A stretch of DNA of 64,000 bases from an uncultured Chloroflexia bacterium (GTDB lineage Bacteria > Chloroflexota > Anaerolineae > CG2-30-64-16): NCBI GenBank assembly GCA_963774265.1, contig CAVZDU010000001.1, positions 768,001 through 832,000 on the forward strand, read 5' to 3'. A program made the position numbers and the translations under genes. Numbering within the stretch: position 1 is the first letter of the stretch; each line of letters starts with the position of its first letter. This document shows, piece by piece, positions 21,772 through 30,623 of this stretch. A model generated the notes under the pieces. The model worked only from the letters and a program-made list of their open reading frames with translations, was not told the origin of the DNA and ran no database searches.

Positions 21772-22809
21772 TCACATCCCCACGTAGCGCGCATATAAGG
21801 TGGCGGCCTCGGCCTCGTCATGCACACCTTTGATGATCGCGCGGCCATCTCCGAATACGGTGAACTCGCGGCCATCCAGGGTGACGCGCAGCAGGAAGGG
21901 AGTCTGGCGCACATCCGTGGCTCCGCCGAGTCGCAATCGATCGGCCAACGCTGCGAGCGAGAGCGCGTCATCCTCCGCGCCTGCTACGCTCACCTGCACC
22001 GCATCGCGGCCACACAGCGACGTCGTCCGCGCGCCGGCCGACGCTTCGAGGAATTCGAAGTGGTGCAGCGCACACGCGGGGCAGTCAGACCGGGGTTCGC
22101 CGAGCTCGAAACGGTCGAAGGTCCCGTCCCAAAGGTCCACGTGGATCATCCCATCGTTGAGCGTCCCATCGCCGACGAGCAGCTTGATGGCCTCCGCGGC
22201 CACGATTGAGCCCATGAGCGAGACGATCGGGCCGATGATGCCCGCGGTGTCGCACGTTGCGACCGTCCCGGGCGCGGGCATTTCGCCCATGGTGCAGCGC
22301 AGGCACGGTGAGACGCCTGGCCGCACAGTGTGGGTCATACCGTAGGTAGCGAGAACGCCGCAGTAGACCCACGGCTTCCCCAGCTTGACGCAAGCGTCGT
22401 TTAACGAGTATCGCGTCGAGAAGTTGTCCGTGCCGTCGAGCACCACATCGGCGTCGGCGATGAAGGAGAGGATGTTGCCGGGGTTGACGTCTGCGACGAC
22501 CCCTTCGATGGCGATGGTGCTGTTGATCCGGCGCAGCTTGGCCGCAGCGGCAACCGCCTTGGGCAACACCTCCCTGACGTCGTCTTCGTCGTAGAGCAAT
22601 TGCCGCTGGAGGTTGTTTAGTTCGACGAAGTCGCGATCGACTAAACGCAGGTGGCCTACGCCCGCGCGGGCCAGGTGGTTGGCCAGCACCGACCCCGTTG
22701 CGCCCACCCCAATGATGGTTATGTGCGCGTCGAGGAGCCGGCGCTGACCCGCTGCGCCAATGCCGGGATAGATGGTTTGCCGCGCGTATCGTGCTAGGTC
22801 TGCTTGCAT
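21772..22809 (-). CDS. ThiF/MoeB family adenylyltransferase
   Basis: RYARQ, GVGATG, DRDFVELNNLQRQ, DGTDNF, PCLRC, CPAC, SLCGRDAVQ. Confidence 0.9.
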   Translation of the reverse strand: MQADLARYARQTIYPGIGAAGQRRLLDAHITIIGVGATGSVLANHLARAGVGHLRLVDRDFVELNNLQRQLLYDEDDVREVLPKAVAAAAKLRRINSTIAIEGVVADVNPGNILSFIADADVVLDGTDNFSTRYSLNDACVKLGKPWVYCGVLATYGMTHTVRPGVSPCLRCTMGEMPAPGTVATCDTAGIIGPIVSLMGSIVAAEAIKLLVGDGTLNDGMIHVDLWDGTFDRFELGEPRSDCPACALHHFEFLEASAGARTTSLCGRDAVQVSVAGAEDDALSLAALADRLRLGGATDVRQTPFLLRVTLDGREFTVFGDGRAIIKGVHDEAEAATLYARYVGM

Positions 22810-22827
22810 GATGTATTCCTCTGCCAC

Positions 22828-22860
22828 AAGTGCCCGGCACTTTCGAAGTGCCGGGCACTT
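22828..22860. repeat. REP-like palindrome
   Basis: aagtgcccggcactt-tcg-aagtgccgggcactt; related copy at 48605-48660. Confidence 0.85.
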
Positions 22861-22888
22861 AGGGGGCACTTAGGATTTCGGCGCACTG

Positions 22889-23062
22889 TCACTTCCCTGT
22901 CACTTCCTCTGCTTCGCGCAGCTTGGTCGCCAGCGTGCGCAGTAGATCAGATTCGGTCACGATGCCGATGACGCTGGCCTTCTCGTCTACCACGGGCAGG
23001 CCGGCGATTTTTTTTCGGTCATTCTCGACCACGGGCAGATGACGGATGTGACGTTCCTTCAT
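22889..23062 (-). pseudogene. Internally deleted CBS-pair gene (57 aa)
   Basis: MKERHIRHLPVVEND joined directly to RKKIAGLPVVDEKASVIGIVTESDLL. Confidence 0.7.
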
Positions 23063-23063
23063 G

Positions 23064-24343
23064 TCAGGCCGGCACCTTGTCCGGCACGCTGTGTATCCGA
23101 TCGTGTTCGGCGACCTTAGCCTGCAGCAACACGCCGAGGCGGCGGATGCCCTCCTCGATCTGTTCGGGCAGCGCGTTCGAGAAGTTGAGGCGCATGTTGT
23201 TCCGTCCGCGTGTCATGTCCGCATAGAACGCAAAGCCAGGCACGAAGGCGACCTTCGCCTGTACGGCCTCCTGCAGCAGCGGCTCGGTATCGATCCATTC
23301 CGGCACCCGGGCCCACAGGAATAGCCCACCTTCGGGCTGCGTCCACGAACAGCCCTCGGGGAAGTAGCGTCTCCATCGCAGCCAGCATGACGTTGCGCCG
23401 CTCGCTATACACCCGGCGGATCAGTTGGATGTGCTCGTCCAGGAAGCCGTTCTTGACCATTTCCTATGCCAGCATCTGGTCAAAGGTCGATGATGTGCAG
23501 GTCGGTGCCCTGCTTGGCCATGACCAGCTGATCGATCACCTCCACCGGGGCCACCACCCAGCCAAGACGCAGCCCGGGCGCCAGCGTCTTCGAGAAGGTG
23601 CCCAGGTAGATGACGTTGCCTTCCATGTAGCCGTGGCCGTTCAACCCGGCGTCTGCCTGAAAGTCAGCATCCAGCGCCACCAGCGGCGGCAGATGTTCGC
23701 CCTCAAAGCGCAGGGCGCCGTACGGATCATCTTCGACGATCGGGATGCCGTACTTGTTCGACAGACGCACAAGTTCCAGGCGCCGGTCCAACGACAGTGT
23801 CGTGCCGCCCGGATTTTGGAAGTTCGGCAGCACATACATGAACTTCGGTCCGACTCGCAGAGCGGCTTCCAGTAGCTCGGTGCGCAGCCCGTGATCGTCG
23901 ATCGGCACCCCGACGTATTCGGCCTGATAGGCATTCCAGGCCTGCAGCGCCCCCAGGTAGGTCGGTTCTTCGACCAGGATTCGGTCGCCGGGGTTGATCA
24001 GCAGCTTGCCGATCAGGTCCAGCGCCTGCTGCGAGCCGTTCGTGATGAACACGTTGTCGGCCTCTGCCTGGATGCCATAACGCGCCATGCGTTCGCAGAT
24101 GAAGTGCCGCAGCGGCACGAATCCCTCGGTCGGGCCGTATTGCAGCGCCTTCTCGCCCTGCTCTGTCAAGAGCCGGCAGGCCGCCTCCTGCGCCTGTTGC
24201 TTCGGAAACAGCTCAGGCGCGGGCAGGCCGCCGGCAAAGGAGATGATGTCGGGCTGCTGCGCGTACTTCAGCAGTTCGCGAATGATCGAACGCCCCATGC
24301 GCTGGTTGCGCTGGGCGTAGCGACTTTTCCAGAGTGTCGCCAT
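23064..24343 (-). CDS. PLP-dependent aminotransferase class I/II (LysN-like), frameshifts and one in-frame TAG
   Basis: ISFAGGLPAPE, LQYG, GSQQALD, PNFQNP, EDDPY, GTFSKTLAPGLRLGW, RLNFS. Confidence 0.9.
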
Positions 24344-24372
24344 TACTCAACCTCCTTGTTGAGCTTCACGTG

Positions 24373-24927
24373 CTAACATGACAGGTTCTCGCTGCGCGCA
24401 CTCTGCGCCGCGCCGCAGGGCTTCCTTGTTAGCTGGCCAGGAATTTGCGCTGACGCTCGCCCAGGTGGCGATCCAGGGCGGTCTCCACCGCCTCCGACGG
24501 CAGCATGTTCGTGGCAACCAGGTAGGCGCCGAGCAGGACGACGTTCGCCTGTCGCACGTTGCCGAGCTCCTCCGCGATGTCGTTGGCCGGCACCGGCGAC
24601 GAAGCGGATGTCAGGCCGCGACGGCTCCACCGGTACGAGCGACTATTGTACACCAGGAGCCCGCCCGGCTTGACCAACGGCTCGTATTTCTCGAACGAAG
24701 GCAGGTTCAGGGCAACGACCGATTGGGGGCCGGCGCACCAGCGGCGAGCCGATCGGCTCATCTGAGACGACTACGGTGCAGTGCGCGGTGCCGCCGCGCA
24801 TTTCCGGCCCATAAGACGGAATCCAGGTGACGTGCAGACCTGAGTCGAGCGCAGCGTAGGCCAGCAACTGGCCGGCGAAGAGCGCGCCCTGCCCGCCAAA
24901 GCCGGAGAAGATGATCTCCTCGTGCAT
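24373..24927 (-). CDS. 2-oxoacid:ferredoxin oxidoreductase gamma subunit, frameshifted
   Basis: [27 protein letters not shown]. Confidence 0.9.
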
Positions 24928-24938
24928 GGTAGGCTCCT

Positions 24939-25743
24939 TCAACCCAACGCCTTGACTTCGTCCGACACTTTGAAGTCGCCCAGCGGGAAGTACGGGACCA
25001 TGGTGTCGCGGATCCAGGCCAGGGCGTCGGGCGGCGACATGTGCCAGTTGGTCGGGCAGCTCGACAGAAACTCGACCATGCTCAGCCCCAGGCCGGCCAG
25101 CTGCGCTTTGAACGCCGTCACGACGGCCTTCTTGGCCTGGCGGATGGTGCGCGCGTCGTAGACCGAGCGGCGCACCACGTAGGACGCGCCCGGCAGCCCG
25201 GCGATGATCTCGGCCATGCGCATCGGGATAGCCGTGCAGCTTCGCGTTCGCGGCCCATCGGCGAGGAGGTGGTGACCTGACCCGATCAGGCTGGTCGGCG
25301 CCATCTGGCCGCTGGTCATGCCGTAGACTGCGTTGTTGACAAAGAAGACGGTGATGTTTTCCCCGCGATTGGCCGCGTGCAGGATTTCCGCCGCGCCGAT
25401 CGATGCCAGGTCGCCGTCACCCTGGTAGGTGAATACCATCTTGTCGGGCTGCGTGCGCTTCAGCCCGGTCGCCATCGCAGGCGCCCGACCGTGCGCGGCC
25501 TCCACCGCATCTACGTCGAAGTAGTAGTACATCAAGCACCGAGCAGCCCACCGGCGCCACCATGATCGTCCTGTCCTTGATCCCCAATTCGTCGATCGCC
25601 TCGCCGATCAGGCGGTGGATGATGCCGTGGGTGCAGCCGGGGCAGTAGTGCGTCAAGGCGTCGGAGAGTGCGTCCGGTCGCTGATATACGACTTGCCCAT
25701 GCTCCATGATCTCAATGGGTGAAAGCTGGTTTTCGTCTGACAT
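24939..25743 (-). CDS. 2-oxoacid:ferredoxin oxidoreductase beta (TPP) subunit, frameshifted
   Basis: [40 protein letters not shown]. Confidence 0.9.
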
Positions 25744-25751
25744 CTTTCCCC

Positions 25752-26855
25752 CTACCAATACCGCGCTTCGACGCCGGCTTCCCGCGGGCGGTTCGTGAAC
25801 GCGACGCCGCGCAAGGCTTCAAGGATTTCGTCCGGCAGCGGCATCACGCCGCCCATTCGTCCGTAGAACTCGACTGGGCACGCGGTCATGCAACGCGCCA
25901 GCCGCACATCTTCCAGCATCTGGCCGGCGCTCATCTCGACCACCAGGATGGCCCGCTTGCCCTCCGCGGCCCTCGCCAGGTGCGTCATAGGGAAACGGCC
26001 ACAGGCTGATGGGCCGGAAGAGGCCGGCCGTCAGGCCCTGCGTGCGCGCTTCCTTGACCACCGTCTTGCAGGTGCGCGCCAACGGTGCCGTACGCCACCA
26101 GCAGGTACTCGGCGTCCTCGGTCTGGTACTCTTCCCAGCGCTGCTCGTGCCTCGCGGATGGCCTGGAGCTTGGCCTGCAGGCGGTGGTTGAGCGCTTCAA
26201 GCTCTTCTTCCTTGAGGAACAGCGAGGTGATGATGCGCTTCTCGCGGCCCGTCTGCCCCGCGCACAGCCCAATCGCCGCGTTCTGCCTCGGTCAGCAGCG
26301 GACGCATGGGCGGCATCTCGGCCGGCTCCATCATCTGACCGAGCGAGCCATCGGCCGCAATGATGACGATCGTGCGATACTTTTCGGCCAGGGGGAAAGA
26401 CTCGTATATGAGATCGACAGCTTCCTGGATGGTCGACGGGGCCAGCACGATCGGGTGGAAGTCGCCGTGGCCCGCCGAGCGGGTCATCTGGAAGTAGTCG
26501 GACTGGCTGGGCTGGATGTTGCCCAGGCCGGGACCGCCGCGCATGATATCCACCAGCACCGCGGGCACTTCGGATGCGGCGATGTAGGACAGACCCTCCT
26601 GCATCAGGCTGATGCCGGGGCTGGAGGAGGAGGTCATGGCACGCGCGCCACCGCAGGCCGCGCCGTAGACCATGTTGATCGAGGCTACCTCGCTCTCGGC
26701 CTGAAGGAAGGTGCGGCCTAGCTCGGGCATGCGCACTGACATGTATTCGAGCAGCTCGGTTTGTGGGGTGATGGGGTAGCCGAAGAAAGCTTCAACCCCG
26801 CCCGGATGGCGGCCTCTGCGATGGCCTCATTGCCTTCCCAGAGCTCCTTTGCCAT
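25752..26855 (-). CDS. vorB: 2-oxoacid:ferredoxin oxidoreductase alpha subunit (VorB type), frameshifted
   Basis: [64 protein letters not shown]. Confidence 0.88.
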
Positions 26856-26870
26856 GGAAAAAGCCTCCGT

Positions 26871-27110
26871 TTATGCAAGCACCTTACGTGAATCGTACCG
26901 GTAGACGGTCAGCACGACGTCGGGGCACATCAATGCGCAGAGCGCGCAGCCAGTGCATTTGCCTTCCGGGTCGACCAACTCGACGGGCCGGTAGCCGCGC
27001 GCGTTGAACGTCGCGCGACTCATGTGGAGGATGTCCTGTGGGCACACCTTCGTGCACAGCTCACATCCCTTGCAGCGGTCGGTCTCGATGGCAACAGTTC
27101 CTCGGACCAT
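26871..27110 (-). CDS. 2x[4Fe-4S] ferredoxin (oxidoreductase delta subunit)
   Basis: CKGCELCTKVCP and CTGCALCALMCP; AAGGAGG RBS. Confidence 0.9.
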   Translation of the reverse strand: MVRGTVAIETDRCKGCELCTKVCPQDILHMSRATFNARGYRPVELVDPEGKCTGCALCALMCPDVVLTVYRYDSRKVLA

Positions 27111-27115
27111 ACCTG

Positions 27116-28927
27116 TCACCTCCTTGGGACAGTATTGTATGCTATTCGTTTTCGGCAGGCGCCGCTGGCCGGAATGGCGCGATCAGCGCGCGGCCGAGCA
27201 CCTGCCGCGGCGTCCTTGACTATCATATGCGCAACCTGCCCGTAATTCAACTTTGGGCCCTTGACATCCAGATTGAGCTCCCGTTTGTCGCACACGGTGG
27301 ACATATTGGCCTGTTCGATTTCGGGGCGCAGCCGGGCCATTTCTCGCTGGAATTCCTCTTCGGTCGTGCTTATGATCAACCGGTCGATCTCCGCGATCAG
27401 GCTGACGGCCCAGTCGATGCGCTGTTCAGTGGCCGCGGCCTGCGTCTGAGGGATCAGGCCATACTCTGCCTTGATCTGGTTGAGTCGCTTGCCGGCAGCA
27501 TAGGTGGCATCCACCAGTTGGTGGCGATTCATCCACTCCGTCTCGTAGTTCAGCACATACTTCCAGCTCGGCGCGACCAGCAGCCGGCGGTGCTCTTCCA
27601 GCGTCCGCGCAAACATCTTGTAGCCGTGCTCGTGCGGTTTCTCGAAGCCCCGGCTGCCGGGATCCAGGAATGGCGCCAGCGGCGAGATGAACGGGGCAAG
27701 ACGGCCATCTTTGCCGAACCGGCGGAGCAGCTCCTCGCAGTAGTCGATGGTGCCCAGCACAGATTCGGCCGTTTGTTGGGGCAGGCCTGCCATGAAGAAG
27801 ACATCGAGCCGCTTCGCACCCACGTCCAGGGCGTCGGCGATGGTGCGTTCGATCGGCTCGTTGCCGTAATGCTTGCCGAACGCGTAGCGCACGACCGGAT
27901 CGTGGCTCTCCAGCGAGACTTCCAGGGTGAAATTGGGCATGGCATTTGCCATGTCGGCCAGAAACTCGCGTGAGGCGGGCGAGAAGAGCTCGGTGATGAT
28001 CGGGCCGTTGAAGCCGTGCATGGCGTCGAAAAAGCGCCGAGCGTAGTCGCGGCCCGCTTGGCGCAGGTCACCCAGGATAAAAACCGGACCGCCGCTCATG
28101 CGTGCGATGCGACGCACATCTGCGGCCAGCATGTCAGGATCGCGGAACGCGGGCTTGTCGCGGCCGTGCATCTTCTTGAACGCCGCGCTTGAGCCGCCGC
28201 AGATCACGCAGCTCTGGGTGCAGCCCCGGCACGACAGAGCCGCCATGATCGGGTAGTCCAACCAGTCCTTGAAGGGGACATAGTTGCTCAGATCCATGTC
28301 GCGCACGGCCGCGCGCACCACGTAGCGATAATCGAGCATGACGTGGTCGAGCTTGTCGGGCCGGTAGGTGTGTTCGTTGACGTGGACCTCGCCGCTGCGA
28401 TCCTTCCAGGTGAGGTTGGGGATTTCGCGCAATGCGCGGGCCTTGGGCGCACCGGTCAGGTGATCCATGAGCTGGCGGAGCGGCTCTTCGGCCGAATCAC
28501 CGCGGATCACATAGTCCACGAACGGATAACGGATCAGCTCCTCGTGGAAGTAGGTGGAGGAGAAGCCTCCGAAGATGATCGGGGTGTTGGGATGATGCTT
28601 TTTGACCATCTCGGCTACGGCCAGTGCGCCGTGCGCGTGAGGCAGCCAGTGCAGGTCGATGCCAAACGCGACCGGGTTAAGCCCCTTCACCAGGGCTTCC
28701 GGATCAAAGTTGTCGTCCTTCAGCATGCGCACGGCCAGGTTGACGATGCGCACCCGCAGCCCATGCCGTTCGAGGTACTCGGCCATCGTAGTAAAACCGA
28801 TAGGATACATCTCGAACACTGGGGTTGATGGCACCAGGTCGCTCACAGGCCCGTAGAGGATCGAGTGCTTGCGGAAGTCGTATACGCTGGGGGCGTGCAG
28901 GAAGATCAAATCAGCGCGACTAAACAT
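27116..28927 (-). CDS. B12-binding radical SAM protein (Ta0216/TIGR04190-like)
   Basis: HAPSVYDFR...EMYPIGF, IDLHWLPHAHG, GCTQSCVICGGS (CxxxCxxC), PLAPFLDPGS; family assignment from memory. Confidence 0.8.
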   Translation of the reverse strand: MFSRADLIFLHAPSVYDFRKHSILYGPVSDLVPSTPVFEMYPIGFTTMAEYLERHGLRVRIVNLAVRMLKDDNFDPEALVKGLNPVAFGIDLHWLPHAHGALAVAEMVKKHHPNTPIIFGGFSSTYFHEELIRYPFVDYVIRGDSAEEPLRQLMDHLTGAPKARALREIPNLTWKDRSGEVHVNEHTYRPDKLDHVMLDYRYVVRAAVRDMDLSNYVPFKDWLDYPIMAALSCRGCTQSCVICGGSSAAFKKMHGRDKPAFRDPDMLAADVRRIARMSGGPVFILGDLRQAGRDYARRFFDAMHGFNGPIITELFSPASREFLADMANAMPNFTLEVSLESHDPVVRYAFGKHYGNEPIERTIADALDVGAKRLDVFFMAGLPQQTAESVLGTIDYCEELLRRFGKDGRLAPFISPLAPFLDPGSRGFEKPHEHGYKMFARTLEEHRRLLVAPSWKYVLNYETEWMNRHQLVDATYAAGKRLNQIKAEYGLIPQTQAAATEQRIDWAVSLIAEIDRLIISTTEEEFQREMARLRPEIEQANMSTVCDKRELNLDVKGPKLNYGQVAHMIVKDAAAGARPRADRAIPASGACRKRIAYNTVPRR

Positions 28928-28955
28928 AATATGTTGTTTTCCTAAACACGAACAG

Positions 28956-28979
28956 GCACCTGCGTATGGGCGCAGGCGC
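28956..28979. repeat. Short CACCTGC/GCAGG palindromic element
   Basis: gcacctgcg-tatggg-cgcaggcgc, similar to 7569-7592. Confidence 0.55.
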
Positions 28980-29009
28980 TGGTGAGCATGGCTGGCTTCT
29001 GGACGAGAC

Positions 29010-29447
29010 TTAGGCTGGCACAGCTTCGCTGCTGAGTATCTCGATCAGGAAGTCGAGCAAATCAGTCTCAGTGATGATGCCCGTCAGTTGTCCGTCGATG
29101 ACCACGGGCAGGCCGCCGATTTTGTGGTCCCGCATCGTGCGGGCGGCCTCAGCAATGGTTGCCGACGGCTCGATGGTAAGCGGGTTCGGGGTCATGCAGG
29201 AACCCACTTCGATGTGATCCAGGATGAAGTTATCATACCACTGCTCGCGCACCACGAAGGGCGAGTTTGCAGCGCGGCGCAAATCCCGATCGGTGATGAT
29301 GCCGACGAGGCGGCCGCGATCGATCACTGGCAGTCGTCGATAACCACCCTCGCGCATCAGGTTGATCGCAGTGCGGATGGCGTTCCGAGGCGTCACTGAC
29401 ACCGGATTGGGAGTCATAATATCAGCCACCAGGCGCTTGGCGGGCAT
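29010..29447 (-). CDS. CBS-domain pair protein (AcuB-like)
   Basis: VADIMTPNP, RRLPVID, GIITDRD, KIGGLPVV, GIITETD. Confidence 0.9.
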   Translation of the reverse strand: MPAKRLVADIMTPNPVSVTPRNAIRTAINLMREGGYRRLPVIDRGRLVGIITDRDLRRAANSPFVVREQWYDNFILDHIEVGSCMTPNPLTIEPSATIAEAARTMRDHKIGGLPVVIDGQLTGIITETDLLDFLIEILSSEAVPA

Positions 29448-29547
29448 AGCAGTTCTCCGTGTCGTGGTTGACGGTGGCGCCAACCCTAGAGACTAGACGG
29501 CATTGGCCCAGCCATCACGACCGGTCAACGCCTCTGGCATTGCCTGT

Positions 29548-29590
29548 ATTGTAGCACCTGGTGATGATAGACTGTATGATGCGGGTCATG
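29548..29590 (-). promoter_or_regulatory. Extended -10 (TGcTACAAT) with CRP/FNR-like site centred at -41.5
   Basis: TACAAT 29548-29553; TATGA-N6-TCATG 29575-29590. Confidence 0.5.
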
Positions 29591-29608
29591 TCATGGGAAA
29601 TGCTAATG

Positions 29609-29695
29609 GTAGTAACGACTTCCGCCGCCGGCCCAGGGCGAGACGGCTTTAGTCGTCACGAAGTCAACCGGCGAGACGACTAAAGCCGTTACCAC
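29609..29695. repeat. GTAG-family REP-like inverted repeat downstream of rex
   Basis: gtagtaacgactt; 15-bp inverted repeat acggctttagtcgtc / gacgactaaagccgt. Confidence 0.7.
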
Positions 29696-29708
29696 GGCAT
29701 GAGGCCAG

Positions 29709-30332
29709 TTAGAGGTAATAAGTCATCCGCTGCAAGCCAACCACCGGGTCAATGTACTGGACGCGGACGTTGCTGGGCACCGTCAGGGTGATGGGCGCGT
29801 AGTTCAAGATGGCCTTGACGCCGGCCTCGACCATCGTGCGGGCAATTCCTTGCGCCTCTTCTGCCGGCGTAGCAATGATGCCGACCGTGATGCCCCGGGA
29901 CTTGATGGTCTCCCCGAGCTCGGTGACCGGCTGCACCGTCACGTTGTCAATGCCCATGGGTTTGCCGATCTTGTCTTCCTTATTGTCAAAGATCGCCTTG
30001 ATGGCGAAACCCTTGCCCTTGAACCCGTCGTAGTCCGCGATGGCTTTGCCCAGGTTGCCTGCGCCGACCAGCGCCACATCCCACATCGAATTGACTTTCA
30101 GGATCGTGCGCAGTTGTTCGTGCAGGAAATTGATATCATACCCGGTGCCTTGCTTGCCGAATTCACCGAAGTGCGACAAGTCCTTGCGGATCTGGGCGGA
30201 TGAAATGCCCAGGCGGTCCCCCAACTCCTGCGACGACGTAATCTGCCGGCCCTCGGCGATCAGGAACCCCAACGCGCGCAGGTAAACAGGCAGCCGACCA
30301 ATCACGATATCGGGAATCACCCTCTTCGCCAT
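29709..30332 (-). CDS. rex: Redox-sensing transcriptional repressor Rex
   Basis: RLPVYLR, QIRKDLSHFGEFGKQGTGY, GAGNLG, ILNYAP. Confidence 0.97.
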   Translation of the reverse strand: MAKRVIPDIVIGRLPVYLRALGFLIAEGRQITSSQELGDRLGISSAQIRKDLSHFGEFGKQGTGYDINFLHEQLRTILKVNSMWDVALVGAGNLGKAIADYDGFKGKGFAIKAIFDNKEDKIGKPMGIDNVTVQPVTELGETIKSRGITVGIIATPAEEAQGIARTMVEAGVKAILNYAPITLTVPSNVRVQYIDPVVGLQRMTYYL

Positions 30333-30430
30333 GTTACTCTCCTTGCTGCAGGCATGCCGCCTGCCACCCTACCACGCGGTCGCACGTGTTCTGTAGCTGG
30401 CTCGTGTGCCGTTTGTGATCTGTATAGTTT

Positions 30431-30469
30431 ATTCTAGCACACGTGCAATTGTTGTGCAACTCTTGACAA
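30431..30469 (-). promoter_or_regulatory. rex promoter with overlapping Rex operator
   Basis: TTGCAC-N17-TAGAAT; TTGTGCA-actc-TTGACAA (30452-30469) has 2 mismatches to TTGTGAA-N4-TTCACAA. Confidence 0.7.
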
Positions 30470-30623
30470 GGCCGTAAAGCTTGTCACAAGGCGCCCCTGT
30501 GGGCGCCACTGTGCGATGATGGGGCTGGGTGTGGCCCAGGCTGAATAGATGACTCAATGTGGCGCCGGCGATTTTCCGCAAGTCACGTCGGGGCTGTTTG
30601 GCGACATTCTCGCTGCCTCTTGG

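Noticed and set aside
1-27000. Programmed frameshifting or mass pseudogenisation
   Set aside because: Breaks are numerous, lack slippery motifs, and also hit core genes such as asd and lysC
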